From: Planctomycetota bacterium
Lineage (GTDB): Bacteria > Planctomycetota > UBA1135 > UBA2386
NCBI GenBank assembly: GCA_947501605.1
Contig: CANMWZ010000016.1
Coordinates: forward strand, 1-64,000
Direction: 5' to 3'
DNA: 64,000 nucleotides
A model generated the notes under the pieces. It worked only from the letters and a program-made list of their open reading frames with translations. It did no database searches and was not told the origin of the DNA. Of this stretch, positions 1 through 8,591 are shown piece by piece. A program made the translations under genes and the position numbers. Positions within the stretch are counted from its first letter, which is position 1. Every line of letters begins with the position of its first letter.

Positions 1-3000
1 TGCGGATTCGGACGATGTCCTTGCCGAACTCGCGGGCCTGCGCCTTCTTCGCCGCTTGTTGGACGAAGTAGTTGCCCGCAAGCGGGCGGTAGGCGCGATC
101 CGCATACTCCTGCACCATGCGGTCCGTGTTGAACTGCGGCGGAACGGTCGCGAGGCAGTGGACCATGCTCTCGACCCAAGCCTCAGGCAGCCCACGTTCG
201 TCCCGCGTAAAATAGGTCGGAACCAGTTCGTCCTCGATGAGGCGATACAGCGCCGTGGTGTCGGCCTGGTTCTGCAGCTCCGTATCCGCGTAAACCTGCC
301 CTGCACCAATGGTCCAGCCGTTCTGGCCGTCGGCCGCCTCCGGCCACCAACCATCGCCGATCGAGAGATTGAGCACGCCATTGGCCGCGGCCTTCATGCC
401 CGACGTGCCGCTGGCCTCTTCCATGCGAGTCGGGGTGTTGACCCAGACGTCGACGCCTTGCACCAACGCGCGTGCCAGCGAGATCTCATAGTCCTCGACG
501 AAGATGATCTTGCCGGCAAACTCCGGCGTGCGGCTCAGCTGTACGATCCGCTTCATCACGTCCTGGCCGAGGCGATCGCGCGGGTGCGCTTTGCCAGCGA
601 TCACGATGCGGACCGGACGCTTGGGGTCATCGAGCAGGCGACGCAATCGAGTCGGCTCGGAGAACAGCAGATGCGCGCGCTTGTACGGCGCAAAACGACG
701 AGCAAACCCAAGATAGAGTGCGTTGGGCACTAATCCCTCGAGGATCGTGTGCAACAACGCCGGACTATCGCCTCGCGATTGGAACGACCTAGTCAACGTA
801 TCCCCAACCGTCTGGATCATGCGTTGCTTGCAGCTCTGGTGGGCACGCCAGAGCTCGTGACGATCGATACTTGCCGCCCCGGCGAAGTCGATCGGACGCA
901 CCGATTGTTTGCCGCGTCGCAGCAAATTGCCGAGTCCGTCGTCCGTCCAGCTCGCAAGGTGGATGCCGTTGGTGATCGTGTTGACCGGCACCTCCGCCAT
1001 CAGCAACCCAGGCCAGAAGGCCTGCAGCAGCTTCTGCGACGCAATCCCGTGCAGCTTGCTGACACCGTTGACGAAGCCAGCGAAGTTCATCGCCAACCAT
1101 GTCATGTTGAACTCTGCGCCCTGGCCACCGGTGCCGAGGGCAAAGAACCGATCCCACGGCAGGCCGACCCATTCCTCGGCATCGCCGAAGTATCGGCGCA
1201 TGAGGTCTTCGCCGAAGCGATCGTGGCCCGCAGGAACTGGCGTGTGCGTCGTGAACAACGTGGTCTCGGCGACGTACTCTCGCGCCGAGTCGAACGTCAG
1301 TCCTTCGCCTCGGACAAGCCGGCTTGTCCGCTCGAGCGTGAGGAAGGCCGCGTGGCCTTCGTTCATGTGGTAGACGGAAGGTCGCAGCCCGATCTCGCGC
1401 AAGAGGCGCACGCCGCCGCGACCAAGCACGATCTCCTGCTGGATACGCATCTCGGTGTCGCCGCCATAGAGATGGCGGGTGATGTCGCGATCCTCAGGGC
1501 GGTTCTGCGGAACGTTGGCGTCGAGCAGGTAGAGCGCAACGCGGCCTACCGGGGCCTTGAAGGCTCGAAGCACGAGTTCGCGCCCGGGGAGCGGCACCGT
1601 GACCTCGAGCGGTCGCCCGTCACTGGCCCGCACCGGTTCGAGCGCCAAGTCACGGGGGTCGTTCTCGCGGTCAACGGTCAACTGTTGGCCGTCGCTGGCG
1701 AGCTTCTGCTGCATGTAGCCAAAGCGGTAGAAGAGCCCCACGCCGATCAGCGGCAGGGCAAGATCGCTCGCCGATTTCAGGTGATCCCCGGCGAGGATGC
1801 CGAGACCGCCGCTGTAGATCGGCAACGATGGGTGCACCCCGAACTCCGCTGAGAAGTACGCGATCGGGTTTTCCGCGGTGATCGCAGTGCCCTTCGCGTC
1901 CAGCGTGAGCGGGCGCGGACCCGAGGCCATGTACTCGTCGAAACGCTGCACCGTCTCTTGCAGCTTCTTCTGATAGCTCTTGTCCTGGGCCAGTCGCTCG
2001 AGCACGTCGACACTGGCGCGGTGCAAGCACTGGATCGCGTTGTCGCCGCCGCGATCGAACGCTGGATCGATTGCCGCGAACAACTCACGGGCCCCCGGCT
2101 GCCAACTCCACCAGTAGTTGCGAGAGAGTCGTTCAAGACCGCGCAACGCCGTCGGCACGGTGGCAGAAACTTCGAAACTCGTGAGTCTCGGATTTGGCCC
2201 CACGCCTGGCGACGGGAGTGCGCGGCGCGGCAGGCGGAACTGAACCACACCGGTCGTGCTGCGCTTTTGCACCGCTTCGATGGCGATCTCGTAGGCCTTG
2301 ACGTAGTTGGCGAACAGATCTTTCCACGCCGTGTGCCCGGCCGCGACTCGGCAGCGCTCACGCAGTGCCGGATCGACCTTGCCACGGGCTGCGAACGCCT
2401 CGAGTTCGGCGGTCAACGCGGCAGTGACTTCTTCGTACGGCACGCGCTGGCGCTTGATGACGGTGATGCCATCTTTCGCGTCGAGGCCCTCCTGCGCAGC
2501 CCAACGACCGAAGCCGGCGAGGTCCGTGGTGATCGTCGGCACGCCCACTGCGAGCGCTTCCTGGGGTGTATAGCCCCACGGCTCGTAGAACGACGGGTAG
2601 ACACCAAGGTCCATCGCCGCAAGAACGGCCTCGTACTCGCGATTGAACACGCCGTCGTCCGGACGCAGGTAGATCGGCACCTGCACGATCTTGATGCGTG
2701 CACCCTTCCTGTTATCGAGGCCCAGGCGCTTGCAGTGCTGCTGCAGCGGGTCGCGCTGCTCGTCAAACAGGTTGTGCGTGCAGATCCCGATCGGCCCAGT
2801 GCCCTTTTGGCCCTGGAGACGCTCCAACAGCTCCCCGCGCAGGCCAGAGTTGCCGGCCGGCACCAGCACGAACGCGACGAGGCTGCGACCGGGCTTGTCC
2901 TTGAGGCGGGCAAGAGCGTCGAGCAGGAGCTCAATGCCCTTGTTGTAGAACTCGTAGCGGCCAGCGATGCCGACGAACATGGCATCGCCGATGTCCTCGC

Positions 3001-3868
3001 CAAACATGGCCGACGCCAATGCACCTACCGCCTGGCGCGTCTTCGCGCGATCGCCGGCAGCGAGTTCGTCCACCACGTCGAGATCAATGCCATTTGGTAC
3101 CAACACGTCGGCTCGCCGCTCGTGCAGGAGGAAGGCCTCGTCCGCGGTGATCGCGCTCACGGTCGTGAATGCGTCGGACATGCGCGCGCAGGCACCTTCC
3201 ATGCTGTGCTTGGCACGCACGCCATGCGAGTCGGCGAGCTGCTGCGGCGTCTGGTCGCCCAGACCTTGGCTCGGATCGATGCCAAGAGAAGCCAGCGCTC
3301 GCCCGAGCATCGTGGCGTGCGTCGTGAACACCGTTCCAATCGCCGGAATGCGCTCCTTGAGATGCAACAGCGCCGCGCCGGTCATCCATTCGTGCGCATG
3401 CACGACGGCCCGCTTGTGGAACGGCGCGAGATACTCCTCCCACCACCGCTCGATGACCATGGCCGCCGCGGTCGCAAACAACACCGGCTCGACGTAGTCC
3501 CAGTCACCGGCAAGCGAGTCGACCCGATGACGCTCCCAGAGGCCGGCGAGGATGCCGTTCTTCTGCTCGTAGAGCGACGAGAAGCCCACCAACATGCACC
3601 GAGGGCGCCCAGCGATGCGCCAGCGCCCAAGCCGAATCGGCAGGCCGGCAACTCGACAGGATTCGATGAAACTCTCGTGGCCGGGTTCGTCGTCAAACGG
3701 TGGTTGTTGGCCAGCGCCGGCCAGCAGCAGTGGCCCGACACAGATGTAATCGTCGCCGTGTCGCTCGACCGCAGTCTTGGCCTTGCTCGACAGCACCGTG
3801 TGGATGCCACCGACCTTGTTGCAGACTTCCCAGCTGATCTCGAACAGTTGTTGCAGGCTTCGAGGCAT
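1..3868 (-). CDS. Glycogen synthase (GT3)-alpha-glucan phosphorylase (GT35) fusion protein; 3' end beyond window edge
   Basis: Single minus-strand frame from ATG 3868 with no stop in the window, so it is absent from the ORF track. N-terminal half has the GT3 motifs WEVCNKVGGIHTV and YPSFYEPWGYTPQE. After a linker (~2260-2180) come the phosphorylase motifs LSRNYWWSW, YFSAEFG..SLPIYSGGLGILAGDHLK, GFARRFAPYKRA and the PLP-lysine motif EASGTSGMK (~390-420). Confidence 0.9.
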   Translation of the reverse strand, partial: MPRSLQQLFEISWEVCNKVGGIHTVLSSKAKTAVERHGDDYICVGPLLLAGAGQQPPFDDEPGHESFIESCRVAGLPIRLGRWRIAGRPRCMLVGFSSLYEQKNGILAGLWERHRVDSLAGDWDYVEPVLFATAAAMVIERWWEEYLAPFHKRAVVHAHEWMTGAALLHLKERIPAIGTVFTTHATMLGRALASLGIDPSQGLGDQTPQQLADSHGVRAKHSMEGACARMSDAFTTVSAITADEAFLLHERRADVLVPNGIDLDVVDELAAGDRAKTRQAVGALASAMFGEDIGDAMFVGIAGRYEFYNKGIELLLDALARLKDKPGRSLVAFVLVPAGNSGLRGELLERLQGQKGTGPIGICTHNLFDEQRDPLQQHCKRLGLDNRKGARIKIVQVPIYLRPDDGVFNREYEAVLAAMDLGVYPSFYEPWGYTPQEALAVGVPTITTDLAGFGRWAAQEGLDAKDGITVIKRQRVPYEEVTAALTAELEAFAARGKVDPALRERCRVAAGHTAWKDLFANYVKAYEIAIEAVQKRSTTGVVQFRLPRRALPSPGVGPNPRLTSFEVSATVPTALRGLERLSRNYWWSWQPGARELFAAIDPAFDRGGDNAIQCLHRASVDVLERLAQDKSYQKKLQETVQRFDEYMASGPRPLTLDAKGTAITAENPIAYFSAEFGVHPSLPIYSGGLGILAGDHLKSASDLALPLIGVGLFYRFGYMQQKLASDGQQLTVDRENDPRDLALEPVRASDGRPLEVTVPLPGRELVLRAFKAPVGRVALYLLDANVPQNRPEDRDITRHLYGGDTEMRIQQEIVLGRGGVRLLREIGLRPSVYHMNEGHAAFLTLERTSRLVRGEGLTFDSAREYVAETTLFTTHTPVPAGHDRFGEDLMRRYFGDAEEWVGLPWDRFFALGTGGQGAEFNMTWLAMNFAGFVNGVSKLHGIASQKLLQAFWPGLLMAEVPVNTITNGIHLASWTDDGLGNLLRRGKQSVRPIDFAGAASIDRHELWRAHQSCKQRMIQTVGDTLTRSFQSRGDSPALLHTILEGLVPNALYLGFARRFAPYKRAHLLFSEPTRLRRLLDDPKRPVRIVIAGKAHPRDRLGQDVMKRIVQLSRTPEFAGKIIFVEDYEISLARALVQGVDVWVNTPTRMEEASGTSGMKAAANGVLNLSIGDGWWPEAADGQNGWTIGAGQVYADTELQNQADTTALYRLIEDELVPTYFTRDERGLPEAWVESMVHCLATVPPQFNTDRMVQEYADRAYRPLAGNYFVQQAAKKAQAREFGKDIVRIR

Positions 3869-3905
3869 GTTTGCGTTCGTCGACGGGCGGTGCCGCCAAC
3901 ATGAG

Positions 3906-5111
3906 TTAGAGGCCGGTAGTGTGCGCGCGGTCGATCTGAAGGCGCAGGTCGTCAACGGCCGTCATCAACGTCACGAACGCCGCGTATGGCGAAGCGTGCG
4001 GGCTGAAGTACTCGTGGACCTCGGCATCACTGTGGCCCTTGGTCGCAACGTAGTACACTTGATCGGAAGTGGTCATCAACCGCCATGCATCGACCAAGTC
4101 AGGTCGGCGAGAAGCGATCTCCATCAGCTTGGGCCGCAGCGCATAGAGCGAGCGGTGGGCCTCGATCTGCATCGGGTTGCCGAGCCAGGCAGAGAGATTG
4201 CGCTCGACATCGGCCCACGAGAGCGGCGTGCTGATGTCCAGTTCTCCAGCCGACGGCAACTCCGCAGCGACCTGAGCGGGCGTGCGGAACCGGAAGTTCG
4301 GTTTCGTCAGGACTTCATCCGGAAGGTGCTTCATGAACTCGAGAATGCCGGTTTGCGCACTTTGGTGCTCCCCGAACGTCTCGTAGTCCATGAACAGACC
4401 GATGAACTGCGCCGGTGGCGGTACGTCGTGGAGCCAGCTCGCGTAGGTGTCAGCAAACAACGGGTACTGCGGCCACTTGGCGTTGGAGAAACGAAAGGCG
4501 ATGTCGTCCGAGAGCGAATAGCTGCGCAGCAAGAGCTTCAGGCGCTTGCAGCCACGAGGCTGATACGGGACTTGCGGACTACGCCAACCGAGCACGCGCT
4601 CGGCGCCTTCGCCCAGCATCGTCGAGAACCCTAGGGTCTCGACCTGCTGGCAAATCCGATTGTCGAGGATCAGTTCCGTGTTGCGAAACGTCGTCGGCCG
4701 ACTGCCGAACAGGTCCTCGATCGTCTCCCGCTGTTGCTCGACCTGAGCAGAAAACTCGGCGGCATCGACGACAGCGGCAAGCGAATGCTGGCTGGTTTCG
4801 CACAGGAACTCGACACATCCCGACTCGGCAAGTTCCACGAAGCTGTCGAGGGCCTTGGGCGCCCATTCGCGAAGCTGCCGGATCACCGTTCCGGACAGCG
4901 AGAACGCGCACCGGAACTGCCCGTCGGTCTTCTCGATGGCATCGAGCAAGACGCGATTCATCGGCAGATAGCACCGTTCTGCGACTCGCTCGGCGACCAT
5001 CTTGTTCAGAGGGTCGTCGAAGTAGGCAAGCTTGCGGATCTTGTCACCCGGCTTCCACTTCGCCAGACGGTAGGGCTGGTGCACCTGGAAGTAGAAGACG
5101 ACGTCAATCAT
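3906..5111 (-). CDS. Glycoside hydrolase family 57 (alpha-amylase-like)
   Basis: MIDVVFYFQVHQPYRL, FRNTELI and LFMDYETFGEHQ motifs; ATGA overlap with the upstream gene. Confidence 0.9.
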   Translation of the reverse strand: MIDVVFYFQVHQPYRLAKWKPGDKIRKLAYFDDPLNKMVAERVAERCYLPMNRVLLDAIEKTDGQFRCAFSLSGTVIRQLREWAPKALDSFVELAESGCVEFLCETSQHSLAAVVDAAEFSAQVEQQRETIEDLFGSRPTTFRNTELILDNRICQQVETLGFSTMLGEGAERVLGWRSPQVPYQPRGCKRLKLLLRSYSLSDDIAFRFSNAKWPQYPLFADTYASWLHDVPPPAQFIGLFMDYETFGEHQSAQTGILEFMKHLPDEVLTKPNFRFRTPAQVAAELPSAGELDISTPLSWADVERNLSAWLGNPMQIEAHRSLYALRPKLMEIASRRPDLVDAWRLMTTSDQVYYVATKGHSDAEVHEYFSPHASPYAAFVTLMTAVDDLRLQIDRAHTTGL

Positions 5112-7111
5112 GCTCCGCCCCAGTTCGGGCCCGTCGAGAGCGGCCGAGGCTGCAGCAAGCCGGTCGCGCACAGTTGCAATGCACGGAGCAATTCGCCGGT
5201 GTTCCAGGCCTGGGCAAACGTGCCGTTCGGGCGTTGCGGCGCGTCGCCGTCGTAGACCTCGCTGACGTGGTCGATGCCGGCGCGATCGAGTTCGCCGACA
5301 AAGCCCTGCAACCACGCGGACATCCGCGCGCGGACTGCCTCTTGTTCATCCACGGGTGCGGCGCGAAAGGCGGCCTCGACGTAGAAACCCGAGAGCCAAG
5401 GCCACACCGTGCCCTGGTGGTAGGCGGCATCACGCTCGTCGGTCGGCCCTTCATAGCGACCGTGGTATGCCGGATGGTCGGCCGAGAGGGTGCGCAATCC
5501 GCACGGCGTCCGCAGTGCCGAATCGGCGCGACGCACGATCGCGGCCCGTTGCGCCAGCGTCAACGGACTGAGGCGCAGTGCCGCGGCGATCACCATGTTG
5601 GGGCGCACCGCTGCATCGACGCGATCGCCATCCCGACAGTCGAAGAGGCACTGGTCGCGCTCGTTCCAGAAGCGGCGGACGAACGCAGATGCCGCGCGCT
5701 CGGCTTCGCGCTGCCAAGTGCCACCGTACCAAGCGCCAAGCTGCGAGCGGAGTGCGCACCACAGCGCGACGATCTCCACCGGTTGGCCAGCGCGCGGCGT
5801 GACCGGACCGCTGCTGGTCTGCGCGTCCATCCAAGTTGCGTTGCGATCCGGAGATCCTGCACGCAGAAGTCCTTCGCCGTCGACGCGCAGTCCGAGTTCG
5901 GTGCCGCGGACGTAACTCTCCGCAATGCTCCGAAGCACCGGGCCGAACTCGTCGCGCACGGCTCCCTGGTCGGCACTTGCGTCGGCCAAGCGCTGGACGC
6001 ACAAAGCAAACCACAGCGCCGCATCGGCGGAGCCGTAGTGGCTGTGGTTCTTGTCCGGGCCGTAGATGTTGGGCAGCAACCCATCGCGCAAGAACGGCAC
6101 CGCGCCGCGTAGCACCTCGAGGCAGCGACGTGGCTCATCCACCGCCAAAGTGAGCCCGGGTAATGACACGAACACGTCCCGCCCCCACTCGCCAAACCAC
6201 GGGAAGCCGGCGAGCACGCCGAGGCGTCCGTGCGTATCGCGATAGAAGAAGTCGTCGACTCCGCGCCGGAGCCGCTTCGCGAGCGTCGTTTCACCGCGTG
6301 CGGCCCACTCGAGCCGGCGGGTGCGAGTCTGCAGCGCGAGATCGAAGCCCGACGCCGCGTCGCGCTCCGGTGTCACGGCGGCGAAGGCCACGACGATGTG
6401 CTCGCCGGGCAGCAGGTCCGCGGTGAGCACGCCAGGGGCGTATCGATCCGCGGCGCTGTCATAGCCGCGCGCCCGATCGACGGCGAAGTGGTAATCCCGG
6501 TACCAGCACGGGGACACTGAGTAGGTCACGTTGCCACTAGTGGAGACGTGCAGTGGCTGCAACCCGTCGATCGTGAGCACGATCCCGTCATTCACTGTCG
6601 GCTGGGCGTGCGCAAGCGCCCGTTCGTGCAGTAGTTGATCGGCGTCTTCGTCGGCCAGGAGCGGTCGCACGCGCAACTGGAACGGCACCGCCGAGACGTT
6701 GCGCCAGCGGACGAATAGTGCAGCGCGATTGCGCGCGAGCACCATGGTTCGCTCCAACGCCGCGCCCGCGGGTGTGCGCACGACAACGGTCGGCACCGGA
6801 TCGCTGCGAAACTCCCGCGGCAGACCGGGCACGCTCGGAGTCGAAAGCGAAGCCCAGTGAACCGCCGAGAGGATGTGCTCGCCGTCGCTGTCCACTAGGC
6901 GCTCTTCGCAAGTCGCCAACAGACGCCGGCGACGACCCGAAGGCTCTGCGACCGTCAACCAAGTGTGGTAGCGCCGCGTGGGCAAATCGAGCGCCGTTGA
7001 GCAGGCGTAGCCACCGAGCCCGTCGGTCAGCAGCCATTCTCGCTCGTTCTGGCTCGCCGTCGCTGCAAGAGCAGCAGACAAGGCACCGGCATCTTTCTCG
7101 TGGGCACTCAA
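5108..7111 (-). CDS. Glycogen debranching enzyme (amylo-alpha-1,6-glucosidase, GH133-type)
   Basis: REWLLTDGLGGYA..RRYH, AGFPWFGEWGRD, TWMDA, AYHQGTVWPW and FAQAW motifs. TTG start at 7111 is an estimate. Confidence 0.9.
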   Translation of the reverse strand: MSAHEKDAGALSAALAATASQNEREWLLTDGLGGYACSTALDLPTRRYHTWLTVAEPSGRRRRLLATCEERLVDSDGEHILSAVHWASLSTPSVPGLPREFRSDPVPTVVVRTPAGAALERTMVLARNRAALFVRWRNVSAVPFQLRVRPLLADEDADQLLHERALAHAQPTVNDGIVLTIDGLQPLHVSTSGNVTYSVSPCWYRDYHFAVDRARGYDSAADRYAPGVLTADLLPGEHIVVAFAAVTPERDAASGFDLALQTRTRRLEWAARGETTLAKRLRRGVDDFFYRDTHGRLGVLAGFPWFGEWGRDVFVSLPGLTLAVDEPRRCLEVLRGAVPFLRDGLLPNIYGPDKNHSHYGSADAALWFALCVQRLADASADQGAVRDEFGPVLRSIAESYVRGTELGLRVDGEGLLRAGSPDRNATWMDAQTSSGPVTPRAGQPVEIVALWCALRSQLGAWYGGTWQREAERAASAFVRRFWNERDQCLFDCRDGDRVDAAVRPNMVIAAALRLSPLTLAQRAAIVRRADSALRTPCGLRTLSADHPAYHGRYEGPTDERDAAYHQGTVWPWLSGFYVEAAFRAAPVDEQEAVRARMSAWLQGFVGELDRAGIDHVSEVYDGDAPQRPNGTFAQAWNTGELLRALQLCATGLLQPRPLSTGPNWGGA

Positions 7112-7295
7112 AGTCGATCGGCGATCCAGGGCGACGAGCGTACGCCCAACGGCCGGAGCCGCAACCATTGCGTCGTTGCGAAGCGAAGCTGTTTCGCACG
7201 CCTTTCCCCTTTCTCCTGGGCAAGCCGCAGATCGCACTGCATTCTGTACGCTCGGTGCGCGCCTTGCGCACGGTCCGATCTTGCGCGCGCAAGCC

Positions 7296-8543
7296 ATGGC
7301 GAATCTCGACACCCGCAACACGCTCGTGTTCCTGCTTGCTGGCGGCGCCGGCAATCGCCTCAAGCCCCTCACCTTGAACCGCGCGAAGCCCGCCGTGCCG
7401 TTTGGTGGTGCCTATCGCATCATCGACTTCACGCTGAGCAACTGCATCCACTCGGGGCTGCGGCGCATCCACATCCTGACGCAGTACCAGGCACGCTCCC
7501 TGGAAGAGCACATTCGGTTCGGCTGGAGCTTCTTGCCGCGCCGCCTCGAACAGTTCATCACCTGCCGCCCGCCGCACCACGGCAACGAAGGTCGGTGGTA
7601 TCGAGGAACCGCCGACGCGATCTACCACAACCTGGACACGATCCAGGACTGGCAGCCGCCGAACGTCCTCGTGCTGTCTGGCGACCACATCTACCACATG
7701 GACTATCGGTTCATGTTGCGCGAGCACGTCGACCACCAAGCCAGCCTGACGATCGGCGCCGTGCGCATCCCGAAGGCACAGGCCCACCACTTCGGGATCC
7801 TGCAGGTCGACGCCGAGGGCCGCGTGACGAGCTTCCAGGAGAAGCCCAAGCAGAGTCCAGCCGAGATCCCCGGCGATCCCGGCTATTGCCTCGCCTCGAT
7901 GGGCATCTACGTGTTCGAGACCAAGGAGCTGGTGCGCCGACTCCACGAGGACGCGGCCCTACCCACCGACGACAGTGGCGACTTCGGGATGCATGTGATC
8001 CCGCGCATGATCAAGGACACCAAGGTCTACGCCAGCCACTTCGTGGGCATCGGCAATGACGACAAACCATACTGGCGCGACGTCGGCACCATCGAGGCCT
8101 ACTTCGATGCGCACATGGACCTCTGCAGCGTGGCGCCCCACCTCAACCTCTACCGCCGCGACTGGCCGACGTACACGCTCTGGCACAACGACCCGCCAGC
8201 CAAGACCGTGCTCAGCGGTGAGGGTGGACGGAAAGCCGAGGTGCTCGATTCGCTGCTCTGCCCCGGCGTCGTGGTCAGCGGCGCCCGCGTCTCCCGTTCG
8301 GTGTTGAGCAACTTGGTCTACGTCGACGAGCACAGCCAACTCGATGAGTGCATCGTCTTGCGTGGCACTCGCATCGGCAAGAACTGCCGCATGAAGCGCG
8401 TCATCATCGACAAGTGGAACAACATCCCCGACGGCACCACCATCGGTTACGACCCAGTCGAAGACCGAAAGCGCTACCACGTGTCCGACACGGGTATCAC
8501 GGTGGTCCCTCGCGGCGCCGGCATCGGCAGTCGGATGGAGTGA
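7296..8543 (+). CDS. glgC: Glucose-1-phosphate adenylyltransferase (ADP-glucose pyrophosphorylase)
   Basis: LAGGAGNRLKPLT..RAKPAVPFGG.YRIIDF, WYRGTADA, LSGDHIY, FQEKP and YWRDVGT motifs; C-terminal beta-helix repeats. Confidence 0.95.
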   Translation: MANLDTRNTLVFLLAGGAGNRLKPLTLNRAKPAVPFGGAYRIIDFTLSNCIHSGLRRIHILTQYQARSLEEHIRFGWSFLPRRLEQFITCRPPHHGNEGRWYRGTADAIYHNLDTIQDWQPPNVLVLSGDHIYHMDYRFMLREHVDHQASLTIGAVRIPKAQAHHFGILQVDAEGRVTSFQEKPKQSPAEIPGDPGYCLASMGIYVFETKELVRRLHEDAALPTDDSGDFGMHVIPRMIKDTKVYASHFVGIGNDDKPYWRDVGTIEAYFDAHMDLCSVAPHLNLYRRDWPTYTLWHNDPPAKTVLSGEGGRKAEVLDSLLCPGVVVSGARVSRSVLSNLVYVDEHSQLDECIVLRGTRIGKNCRMKRVIIDKWNNIPDGTTIGYDPVEDRKRYHVSDTGITVVPRGAGIGSRME

Positions 8544-8591
8544 CGCGGCGCGGCGGCCACACTGTTGGCGTGGCCGCGAGTCGAGCGCTGG

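Noticed and set aside
56..3904. Long plus-strand ORFs (225, 367 and 648 aa) and similar antisense ORFs such as 8949-10730, 15125-16528, 16687-18126 and 21161-22303
   Set aside because: They are shadow frames of real genes on the opposite strand, expected in high-GC DNA, and carry no motifs.
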